In this document: positions 27,201 through 39,200 of the stretch, piece by piece
Position numbering within the stretch: the stretch's first letter is position 1
Layout of the letters: every line of letters starts with the position of its first letter
NCBI RefSeq assembly: GCF_030028105.1
Contig: NC_092395.1
Coordinates: 45,517,346 to 45,581,345, forward strand
Source of the DNA: Mobula birostris
Taxonomy: Eukaryota
Length of the DNA stretch: 64,000 bases
Reading direction: 5' to 3'
Made by a program: the position numbers and the translations under genes
Notes under the pieces: generated by a model
Seen by the model: only the letters and a program-made list of their open reading frames with translations
Told to the model about the DNA's origin: nothing
The model's database searches: none

Positions 27201-30200
27201 GAAGCAATGAAGCAGTATTATGAAAAATGGCCTCTGGACACAAATCCATCAAAAACTCAAGTGTGTGCATTCCACCTGAGGAATCGAGAAGCAGCTCAGA
27301 AACTCAAGATCTTCTGGTGTGGGAAGGAGCTTGAACACCATCCGACTCCAATTTACCTGGGCGTGACACTGGATAGGATGCTCTCATTTGCCACCCACAT
27401 CCAAAAACTCCGAGGGAAAGGTGGCTCTTGCCATTCTCTCTTGAAAAAATTATCAGGCACGAAATGGGGAGCTAATGCTCATACACTTAGATCAATTGTC
27501 CTAGCACTCTGCTATGCACCTGGAGAATACTGTGCACCTGTGTGGGGCAGATCAGCCCATGCGAAGAAAATAGACCCATTGCTTAACGAAGCCTGCTGAA
27601 TAATCACGGGCACACTGCGCCCCACACCCACTAACATCATTTACAGACTTGCAGGCATTGCTCCCTCAGAGATCCGAAGACACACTACAACAAAAATTGA
27701 AAAAGGTAAACAGAACTCGGATCCACGGCACCCACTACATCATCATGTGCCAGGTTCCAGTCGCCTAAAATCGAGGAGAAGCTTTGCTTCATTGGAGGAA
27801 CTACCGCACGGAACATCCCCCCAAACATACAGGATTGACCTCTGGCAACAAACAGAAGCCAGAACCCCACCAAACAACACAGTGCAAGACCCCACAGAAG
27901 TGTTACCAGACGGGACACTGCTTGACAGACGGAAGTGGTGCACTCTCAACAGAGCGAGAGCGGGAGTTTGTAGGACGGGAGACAATATGATGAAGTGGGG
28001 TTTAAGGACCAGCGAATCCTGTGAGTGTGGCGAAAGGGTGCAGAACATTGAACACGTTCTGCACAACTGCCCACTCTCACCTGATCTAGCTGACACTAAC
28101 CTGCTCAACACCAACCAAACAACACTAGAGTGGCTGGCTGTCTGGTGTGACAAGCTATGATGATGATGGTGTAGAATTCCAAAGCCCTCTTCTTTTTGCT
28201 CCTGGTTCTTTGGCAGCCCCTCGGAACTGGGGATGACTTACTCCCACTCCAGCTCTGTGGGTTCTGAGGTGGATAATGATGCCAGTGATGGAATTGCAGT
28301 TTCCTCCACTGATGGGGCTGCCAAGCTGGGTCCTCTCCTGCTGCCTTCCCGGAACTGCTGTGTGCTCCCAGCACCCAGACCACCCCAAACGCTCCTTCTC
28401 CACGGTGGAGTGGTTACATAGAGCCATGGAACATTACAGCATAGAAACAGGCCCTTCGACCCATCTGGTCCATGCCAAACCATCAACTTGCCTAGTCCCA
28501 TTGAACTGCACTCAGACTATAGATCTCAATACCCCTCCCTATCCGTGTAGCTATCCAAATTCCTCTTAGATTTTGAAATCAACCCCATATCCACCTCTTG
28601 CATTGGCAGCACCTACCATGTTCTCACCACCCTCTGAATGAAGAAGTTCCCTCTCATATTCCCCTTAAACATTTCACCTTCCACCCTTAATCCATGATCT
28701 CTAGTTGTAGTCTCATCCAATCTCAGTGCAAAAAAAGCCTGCTTGCATTTACCCTGTCAATTCCCCTCATAATTTTGTATGCCTCTATCAAATCTCTCCT
28801 CAGTCTTCAATGTTCTCGGGAATGAAATCCTAACCTACTGAACCTTTCCCTATAACTCAGGTCCTTAAGACCTTCCCCACCTCTTTCAGCTTCACACATA
28901 GATGACACTCTGATCTTCTGGAGGTCATGTGTGAGACAGGCCCTGGGTTCAGTGGAGATGTTGCATTTTCTCAAGGAAGCTTAGGTCAGAAGCTTCAAGC
29001 TGAAAAAAACAACTTGAAGTCACATCTGTCTCAAAGTAATGGGAAGTATTTAAGAAGGACCTTCAGAGTAAATGTTTTCCCCTAAAGAAAAGCTTGTGGG
29101 AGGAGCTAGCAAAGAAGGTGCCAGAGGCTTTTGTCGACCCAGGCAGCTTCTTACAGATCATCCACAAAACTGCTTATTCTTCCTTTCTTATGTCTTTTTT
29201 TTCTTTGGGATTTTGTCAGAATCTATGATCTACGTCTACAGTTCTCTACAAGCAGTGGGTTTTAGCATTGGCCATGAAGCCTGGCATTTTGATATCTCAG
29301 GGAACGACCAGTTTCTTTCCAGTTTTACTAACTGAAGTGTCATGGGAGTCTGGAACACCAGGACAGCCGGCAGTGACCACTGCTGATGGAAGAAGGCCTC
29401 TTTTATTTTCCGAGAGAGAGAGAGAGAGAGACTGTCAGTCCCCATGTTGGGGAGGCTTGGAGAAGCAACACAGAAGATTGTAACATTGGAAGAGTGAACT
29501 GCTGGTCTCCTGTTCTTGTTACAGGATCAGTCTCTCTCTCCCTCACTGTTGAGAGACAGCCTGTCTGAGATACCAAAGTACTGGGTTATGGACTGTGGTT
29601 TTTGATGGAACCTAGATCAAGGTCTCTTTGGGGACTTCTGCTATTGCTTACATGGTGGGGTGGGGGGGGGGTCAGAGCTTCTGCTGCCACAAATGAGGGG
29701 GTGGAGGGAAGGGTCGATGGTTCTGCTGCAGCTTGTGCAAGAGGGGCTTCAGGGCTCTGATGTTACTATCAGTCATTCTTTCAGGTTGCATGCTTTGTAG
29801 ATGACTGTGAAGAGTAAGAATTTCAGTTGCATACTGTACACATACTCTGCTATTAATTGAAACCATTGGCATTGCCAAGTCAACCACACCCTGCATGACA
29901 AGGTGCACAATGAACAAGCCGGGGGAGAAAAGGGACACTTATGGACAAACTGTGATACCGGTAAGTTCAAGTGTTTCTCAAAGTACTGTTCTTGTCACAT
30001 CCTGTCCATAAAGCGAAAAACAAGATTCAAGGGAGCGTGGCAGGTTGGAAATAAAATATGCTCAGATTCAGGGAGAAAAGGACAAATGCTGATGAGTCCT
30101 TTTGTGACTGTAATATCATTGCCAATGGGGTCCCTCATAGGTCAGTAGTCCACCCCTTGCTGATAAGGTGATGGAGGCAGAAACTCTCATCAGCTTAAGA

Positions 30201-33200
30201 CCATACTTGGATGTGCGGTGCAAGAGCCACAGTCGGGAAGGCTTTGTAACAAGCGTAGGAAGGTAGATTCCTTCTTTGCTGATGAGCACAGGCACAATAG
30301 TCTGAATGGGCTCCTTTGGTATCTAGGAGTTTCTGTGATTCTGTAATTCCATTCTATTTTGATCTATCCCTCTCCTTCCAGTTTTCTTTTATCCTGTACA
30401 ATGAGCCATGGCATCCCCACTAACGACAGAGGCAAATTGATGCCTTGTGACTGCACTAACCACAGACAAGGTGATTCAAAGTACTGGTGTAGAGTTTGAG
30501 ATTGAATGGACAAAACGTTCTTCCTAAGTTGAAAACTTGGCTGGTCTTCTTAGGAATCCATCTGAACATGAAACAGGAAGGTCACTTGGCCCCGGGAGAT
30601 TGCTCTAGCTTATCAAATGAACATGGCTGAACTACCTCAACACTCAGTTCCCATAAGCTTTCATCCCGTTGCTTATCAAAAATCTAACAGGAATGAAAAT
30701 TCAGAATCATCGAACAACCATGTTATCATAAAATGTCTTCTAATTCACTAATGTTCTTGATGGGAGGACTTTGCTATCCCCACCTGGTTTCTAGTGTCAA
30801 CACCGGACTTACCAGTGTCACAGAAGTTTAACTGCTATTCGAAATTATCTAGCATGCCACCAAATTCAGGGGTAATTTGGGAAGCAGAGTGATATCCCAT
30901 AATTATCCTTCCCAGCTGGCCAAGAGTACCTCCCCTACCCCACCAATGCAGTGAAATGACCCTGTTTCATGGATTCTGATGGAAGAGAATGAAGGTGAAG
31001 AAAGAAAATGCTGCTTCTTTTCTCCTCTGAAAATGGGAATTTTAGGCAAAAGTGAAAAGTGTTGCAAAAATGTCCTGTATATCACTCAGATGGATCTTCT
31101 GTTATTATTTGTTCACAAGCTGTGAACATTGCTGGCAAATCGGTGCAGTTAGCACTACCAGTGCCTCGTAGCTGCTAGGAGCCAGGTTCAATCCTCACCT
31201 TGGGATCTCTCTCTCTGTGGAGTTTGCACATTCTCCCTGTGACTGCATGGGTTTCCTGCCTTGGCTGGCCAACATCTGTTGCCCTTATCTGAACTGGCCA
31301 AAATCTGAGTGCATACACAACCATCTGTTTGCTCCCTAAGTGGTTGAGGAAGGCTTTTGGAGATAGGTGACTCACCATCACCATCTCAGAGGGCAGTGAG
31401 GGATAGGCAATAAATGCCAGCAATGGCCAGATGTGAAAAAATAATGAGGAAAAATAAAAAAAGATTCTTTAAAACAGAGCTGCCCCAAATTAGTAAGCCA
31501 AAGCCTAAGTCCAATTTTGGAAGAACTTTGGCCAGCTAGATTGTTCTTGGCTTACCTCTGCAAGCAGATTTGAGCCAATTTACTTCTCCCAATGAAAAAA
31601 AACAGAACAGAATCTTATTCCCAGATGCAAGTTTCAGAAGGTTAATTGTGTTTCTCTTTCCACAAATGCTGTCTGCCCTGCTGAACATTTTCTGTTTATA
31701 TTCTTGAAATTAAGGTTTAGCGTCACCAAACCCACACCTCAATTTTTCTCCTTTTGTCTCTCCTTTTCAACCTTACCTGCAAATCCTGATCCTTACCTGA
31801 TTTGTACAACATGAAGGATCTGTGCTCTGCGTCGATGCCAGCTGAAATCGGTCCAACTGTGGCCACTGCTGCAGCCAAATCCACCTCAGAGTCTTTCCGA
31901 ATCCGCATGACACCCTTGCAAGTGGCAACAATGTCACTCTGTTCGAACTTGCAATCACCATTCTAAAGGGAAACACGCCTGTCAGTATGTATCAGATCCA
32001 AGTGAAGGCCAGGAATTGTGTTGCACCAATGAGACAACTTTGCAGGAATCTGTTTCTAAAATGAGACATTATCATAGAATCATGCATCAAATAAGTCTTT
32101 TGGTCCACTGAATCTGTGTTGACCATCAAGCATACTTACTCATTTGTTATATTCTCCTTATTCATATCATTCATACTTAAATTCTACCAATAGCCCACAC
32201 ACTGAGGGCAATGTACAGTCTCTAATTAGTCACCATCTTGCATTTATTTATGTAAGGGGTTTCTTCTTTTATGTTACTGCAAAGGCTAATAAAATGGCTT
32301 CTTTGTTATGTTAACTGCTGAGTTAAGGGTAGCAGCTTGTTTGGGTTATAATTACTGATTACAGGAATTGTATTCATTTGCTAACCAATTGGGATAGATG
32401 TTACTCTTTCTTGTGTGTCTGTAAGCTATTGTTTTCGCGGGCTTTGGGCAGAAGGCACGATAGGGACAGAGAGGAGAAGTGATGAGAGAGATGCTGTAAG
32501 TTGGGCGAGGATCAGACCCGTGAGGGAGTCCGAGGCCCAGGGCTTTTCTGGAGGAGAACTGAAGAGGAAGGACGTGCTGGACGCGCTCTGGTCGACCACC
32601 GTGGTTGGTCCCAGGCGGCGGGTCGAGGAGGTCGGAGGGGATCAAATGGTGGAAAGAAGACTCCGTTACTTGAACCCCAACTGTGTTCACGAAGTGGTTG
32701 AACTTTGATAAGTTTGGCGCCTTTTACTTTCCTTTTGTATTGTATCTCTATTAATTACATAGTTCCAGTAAGATCTATAAAGTGTAATCATTTAATCGCA
32801 TACGGTGTATTGTCTGTTACTTGGCGTGGTGGGGTACATTACACAGGATCTACACAAACTTGATTACCGGTTTGGTGGGGCCGAGCGCTGCTCCCCCAAG
32901 ATGAAAGTGAGCTGAGCGAGCCTGAGGCTTACCAGGGGGCTACATTCAGAATGTGGGGCAAAACCTAGCCACCAAAAGCAACGCACAAGATCACGGAGCA
33001 ACTGAACAAACCCCACACCGCAGGTGGGAATTGAACCCCTGTCTCTCCAGCTGTGCCACAGTCAAACTGAGCAAATAGTTAGACAGTTATCTGGCAAGTA
33101 CAAAGAATGAGAGGAAAGGAAAGGGAACATTACCTTTGCAATGTACGGATAAGACTGTTCGGAAGCAATACCTTGTTCTTTTATGAATGCGAAGCTGGCC

Positions 33201-36200
33201 ATGACAGATCCACCATTACAGCCTGCATTTCCCACAGTTCTGCTACAGTCCATCAGGTACTGTTCACTCAGGGAAATGAGCTTTCCTGTTTTGTTAAATA
33301 CCTGTCCTTCCAGTACTCCAGTTGTGCTGAATGCCCAGCAAGAACCACACTGGCCCTAGTAAATACACAAAGACTCAAAGTGAGATGAGGAGGAGGAGCA
33401 GAACTGCACACCAGTCCTTGTCTTCACAATTATTAAGGAATACTGAACTCCATCAAGGGCAAAATAAGGTGAGACAAGGGAAGAAAAATAGAGATATTGG
33501 TGAAAAGACACCAAACTTCAGTTCTAAATAAAAACAGAAAATGTTCAGCAGATCAGGCAGCATCCGTGCAAAAACCAACAGAGTAAACACTGGGGTCATC
33601 TGAGACCTACCTCTGGAAAGAAGATTTTGTTGAGTGTTCCTGAAGAGCCAGATGCAGTTGCACTCGAGCAGTTGGTGGAATGGCCACTAATGGTCCCGAC
33701 ATGGCTGCGTTCACCAGGGCCAGGTGTGAAAGGCCAATCAAATAGTGTAATGCTATAGTTCATATTTTTACTGTTATGCTGTATGTGTTTCAGTTTGGCA
33801 GTTCTGTAAGAGCAGCTTGTTTCCAACTTGCTCCGTTTTCAGCTTGTTTGGGTTGTGGTTGAAGATAAGAGATGAGGAGAAATGTGTGCCGTCCAATTAG
33901 GATGGTCAAATTAAGGGGAGGTTTCTCTGGTGAGGGACACTAACATTGGGCTTGGGCTTTTTGTTCAAGGGGAGATGAAGAGAGAATGTGCTGGGGAGAA
34001 CCAGCTGTAGCATACAATCTGGTGGGAGACCCGTCTGTTTGAGATGGATTGCGAGCAATGTTCGGAAGGTGCTGCAGGTATTCACGCTGACTGAGGGCCC
34101 TGCGCGTGAGTGATGGAGGAGTTCAAGATTACCTCCAACTTGTGCACATTTGGCTGTTTAATTAGAATGGGACCTTTTCTTTTTGTTAATCTTTGCTAAC
34201 CCTTTAGTTAAGATGAGATTCATAAATACAATTCCTTTAATCGTATGCAGTGTATTTTCTGTTATTTCATGGCAGTAATTTGTAACAGGGTAGCAAACTA
34301 CACAGCATCCGCACAAACAGGGGTTTGGGGTGGGACAGAGCCTCAATCTCACGAGTTTGATGGGACCGGAGGTTGTCTTCCCAAGACTTACACAACCCAT
34401 TAAACCGGGGGTTTCACTAGGAATCGACTGCCTTAAATGTCCAGTCAGGCAGTGAGAGCTGAATGATGATTCAGCCATGGAGTAACTGAATGCAGAGGCC
34501 TGTCTCCAAACATCCCAACAGTCTTTCTCAAGAGGCAAAGCATGGAGCTGGAGTCTGCCAGCTGTGAAGGCACGATGGATCCTAACTTGTTCTAATTTGT
34601 TCCAATATTCAGTGATATTTTAAACTGTCAGTCAAAAACAGGAAAACTGCAGATTCAGTAAAAATCTTTGATCTGACACCTGTTTCTCATTCTTGTCTGA
34701 CTTCCTGAGTGTGTCTAACATTCCACGAACATTTTCTCTTCTAATTTTTAAGAAATTTAATAACGTTGGAAAGGATGGGAGGCTGTAATATACGTGAAGA
34801 GAGAATTTGGTCAGTACAGGCCAAGGAACCACCCAGTGTGAGGGAGGAAGGGAGTGCTGCAGGACAGATGGCAATTTAAAGAACAAAGAAATGTTCTGGG
34901 TAAAAATTAGAAGGGAAATACAGGGAAAGCAAAAAAAGAATTTTCTTTGTGTGACTGTGTAGAGGGCACAGAATACAATTTTGCTGCATAAAGGAAAATG
35001 GCCCAGTAATTTCACCTTAATCAAGTCATTACATGATGTAAAAACTTCAGTAAATTACTCTTCTGGCACCACCTTTCCAAACTTGATCTATCCCAGTGAA
35101 GTTTTGATATTGCTCGTTATCAATAAACTGCTCAGTTATTGAACCTACCGGGTAGCTGATGGTTACCTGATCCTTCACTGGAGTTACAAAGCCCTTTGGC
35201 CGCCAATCAACATGTGGAGGCAATTGAGCATTTTCTTGTGGCGCAAATATTTTCCAAGTTGTGTTCTCAACTTCCTTTCTCCTGTCTGTATTCAACCGAA
35301 GTTGCTTGAATTCCTCCAGAGTCTACAAATTCAAGAAATCTGAAATTTTAACTTCTACGAGTTTAAAGAATCTGCCATAATGTTTTACATGTCCATGATT
35401 GTTCACTGCACAAAAAAAACTTTCATTTAATTCTGACTGCCGGAAATGAGAGTTTTTGAGAATCACTGTCAACAATGAGATATTCTGGACAACCAAGCAA
35501 ATCATGTATGTATGATCCAATAACTGGGTCATCTTAACTCTAGAGCAAAAGAAGAGAATGTCTGCAGAAGAGTGGGTAGGCTTCAACAGATAAGGGAGAT
35601 GTACAAATGACAACAATGAGAACATTGACAGTTAACATGCAGGATATAACTGGAAAACGATCGCTGCTCAAAGACAGATGGAAAGTGAGTCATTCATGCA
35701 CTTTCACTGAAGAAAGATGTATGTCTCCTGCATATACATTAAGAATTAGGATGACGTGCTGGAAGACATGACTATATCAATGCACTGTACACTCACATCC
35801 TCTGCACACACAAGTCATACTCAGACTCTCTCTCTCTCTCACTTATTTCACACAACTGAAAAGATAGCAGGAGACAGTTTGGAGTTATTGCAACTATACT
35901 CTCACCTGAGTAGCAGTGTCAGCCATGAGTCCAGCCAGCACTGAGCAGATTACTGAGGGTGACAGTGTGTGCATCCTTCATCCCCTTTACTTCCCATCCC
36001 ACAGTTTCTCAGGCCCTATAAGATTCAAGTAGTTTAAACACACATCTCCCACCTTACCATGACTATTCCTCTAATCATCAGTACATGTGGACTTTAAAAC
36101 AGGGCAGAGGAAAGGACAGTGACTCCCCGGTGGTGAGTCTGCATTCTAATCCTACTCGGGATGGTGCGGATAAGGGCTACGTAAAGGCAGCATGGATGAA

Positions 36201-39200
36201 GGCTGACACCCATGGACACAAATGTGCTTCTGTCATCATTCAGCCAATCGTAAATATACAAGAGCAAAAAGGAGCACAACTGCAATTTGCCAGACTTCCT
36301 AATGTAGAGCCTGAGCCCATCCTCTCCAGGGTGAGCAGCTCCATGTCAACACTTTCCAAGCCAGCTATGACAAACACTCAGTGCATGAGATCTACCTTGT
36401 CGGCTCAGTGCCACCTTCACACAACTGCAGGTTGTGCCATCATGGCTCTATACCTCACCACTGGCCAGAACTTTGAAACTGCCATGGCACATTGGTAACA
36501 GTTCCTCAGCAGATTTCCAGGCCAGTTAGTGCCCTGGTAGACTGGCAAACCTCCTTGGGCAAAGAGTCAGCACTCCTCCTCACAGTGACAGAGTTCATGT
36601 TTCTACCTATCATGGTGCGCTCACAAAGGACTGGACTCAGGTGCAGAGGAACAGCAGGATCCCCAGGAAGAGACAGAAACAAGAGGTTAGACATTGGAAT
36701 CAGAATGACTGAACGATACCATGAGGTAATTCATCCTCCCCGACACAATGGCCCCACTACGGCACTGAATGAGAGATCTTCTTAAATAATCATAGAATTT
36801 GGGAGATGTGTCAGCCACGACAAAAAGCACAAGGGCTGAACAGTTCTAGTTAAGATATTGATGAGTAAATACAGGTGCTCCAAAACCCCAGAAGCTCAAT
36901 GCTCTACAGCAAGCCACAGGGCTCATGACAGTACTGCTGCAGCCTCACCACTGGCCGCGATGCTTTCCCACCAGTCAACCAGCACACACTGACACAACCC
37001 AGCACCTGATCATGCCATCAGAATACAGTGCATCCAGGCCCAAAGCTGCTCCGGGTCGCTCTGCACAACTGCGCTAAGGGAGCTTTCGTCTACCAGTTAG
37101 CTCTGGTTCTGTGTTGAGATGGTGAGGTGCAGCCACTGGGAGTCAGGAACCAAAGAGAACATGCAAGCGAACTGGAGAATTATTAAATGGATTTGACCTT
37201 GAATAAGAGGATGAAAATGATTGGCTTGCTGGATTGCTTGATTTTGGTTTTCATGTTGAGTGTATTAGGAATCCTGAGGTGACCAGAAATAAAAGTACAG
37301 ATATCGAGTGAACTATATTGAGTCTGAACAGGGTAAAAGTGCCCTGCACCTTATTCTTTCACATCCCTTTTAATTTTTTAACCACTTACTCTGCTGGAAT
37401 TTATATGGAATCCTAAACTCCCAAAACCTCTAGGAAGCAAATGTAATATTCCTAAGGGCAAACAAAAATGTGTGAGCTTCTTAGTACTTTATACCGGACT
37501 AATCTTACCTACGGTGTTTGGTTCCAACAATGTTGGGTAGTTAGGTATTCAAATTAAAGAAAATAGACTTAAAAACAGAAAACACTGGAAAAACTCAACT
37601 GATTGGCCAACATCTGTGAAAAGTGAAACAGTCAATATTTTTGATCCTTTGTCAGAACAAAATGAATATTTGGTACACTTCACGTTTGTTCTATGATGTA
37701 ACGCCACATTTGATCAATTGATAATATTTTTGGAAGTTGGCATCCCTCACTTCCACTTTGTACGTACCAGATCACCAAACTGGTTCATCCCCACAGTAAA
37801 TGAATGCTTCCCCATTGAATGCTCCAGGTTATGTTGTTCAATGTATCTCATATTCTTCTCCCAAACCATTCTTCTGTAAATTACATTGTCCTAAAAGCAA
37901 CATTATACTAAAGGTTATTTTATTTTATCATTCTGTCAAAGATTTGTTATTATTCCACCAGCCTAATCAAATAGGAATGGAGAGATTCCATATCTCATGT
38001 CAATATTCCCATTTCTCCACTCCCACTATATCTCTGAAGTTCTGTATTAACAACAATGGAGGATAGACATCAAGGAGAGAGCCTTAAATGTCATCCACAA
38101 TGTTCCTCTGCTGTTCTCTGTGCAGAACTGTAGTGTACTCTTGAACTGTTGTGTACCAATCTACTGTTAAATAAACATTACTGCAGGCCTACACTAAAGG
38201 ACTTCACTCCACCATCCACAACAGAAGCCAAACTCTGTGGGAACCTGTGGGAATCTGCAGTTCCTCAGTGTATCATTCTTCCTGTTTGCTGAAAGGAACT
38301 AGAGACATCATAGGAGCTATATTCAGAAGGAAGACTCTCAGAATGAACACTCTGCTACCACCTAGCTCCCACTATCAAGCAGTAAGTGAACAAATCACTC
38401 TCTGGTTTGTTATACACTTGTCTGGCTTTGGCTAAGGTCTGCAATTCTCCGCATAGAACATTCCAAGAAACGAATGATGAATGTGTCTTAACTTTTTAAA
38501 TTAACAGGCAGAGAGAATTGTGTTAAACACTACATTGTAACGAAACAACTTGATGAAGGTAGATTGGTGCACATTCTGTATATATATGTATGTTATAGTA
38601 AGCTGTTTGACAAAGTTCCCTGTGGTAAATTCATTCAGAAAGTCAGGAGGCGTGGGATCCAGGAAAAATGGCTGTGTGGGCTTTGAAGTTTAAAAGTTCA
38701 AGATAAATTTATTATCAAGTAAATTTAAGTCGCCATATACAACCCTGAGATTCATTTTCTTGTGGGCAATCCCAGTAAATGCAAGAAACACAATAAAATC
38801 AATAAAAGACCGTACCCAACAGGGCAGACAACAACCAATGTGCAAAAAAAACAACAGTGCAAATACAAAAACAAAGAGAAAAAAAATAATGGTATTAAAC
38901 AATTAGGGATACACAGCAATATGTATGTATGTAAATCTTCAGAGAGCCACAAAACTAAACACCACTACAATAGTCCCAAAGTTCCTAGCAATTAAGAAAT
39001 GAGTATGCTTGGCTATGCCCGTACTTCACGTTTTATCAGCCTGAGTTGAGAAAGACATAAATGCATAAGTAAAGAAATAAACAAACAATAAATATTGAGA
39101 ATATGAGAAAGAGATCCCTTGAATGTGAGGTTGCAGGAGCAGTTCAGTGATGGGTGCAGCTGCGAGAAGAGAGCCTGACCTGGATGATAGGACACCTTGA

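Noticed and set aside
28170-28415. GC-rich segment with a minus-strand GTAAGT donor as a cryptic cathepsin exon
   Set aside because: The CDS is complete without it, no clear acceptor was found, and it is flanked by TE fragments.
36040-37150. ORFs of 137 and 97 aa in a cathepsin intron
   Set aside because: No recognisable domain; probably an ancient decayed repeat that I cannot classify.
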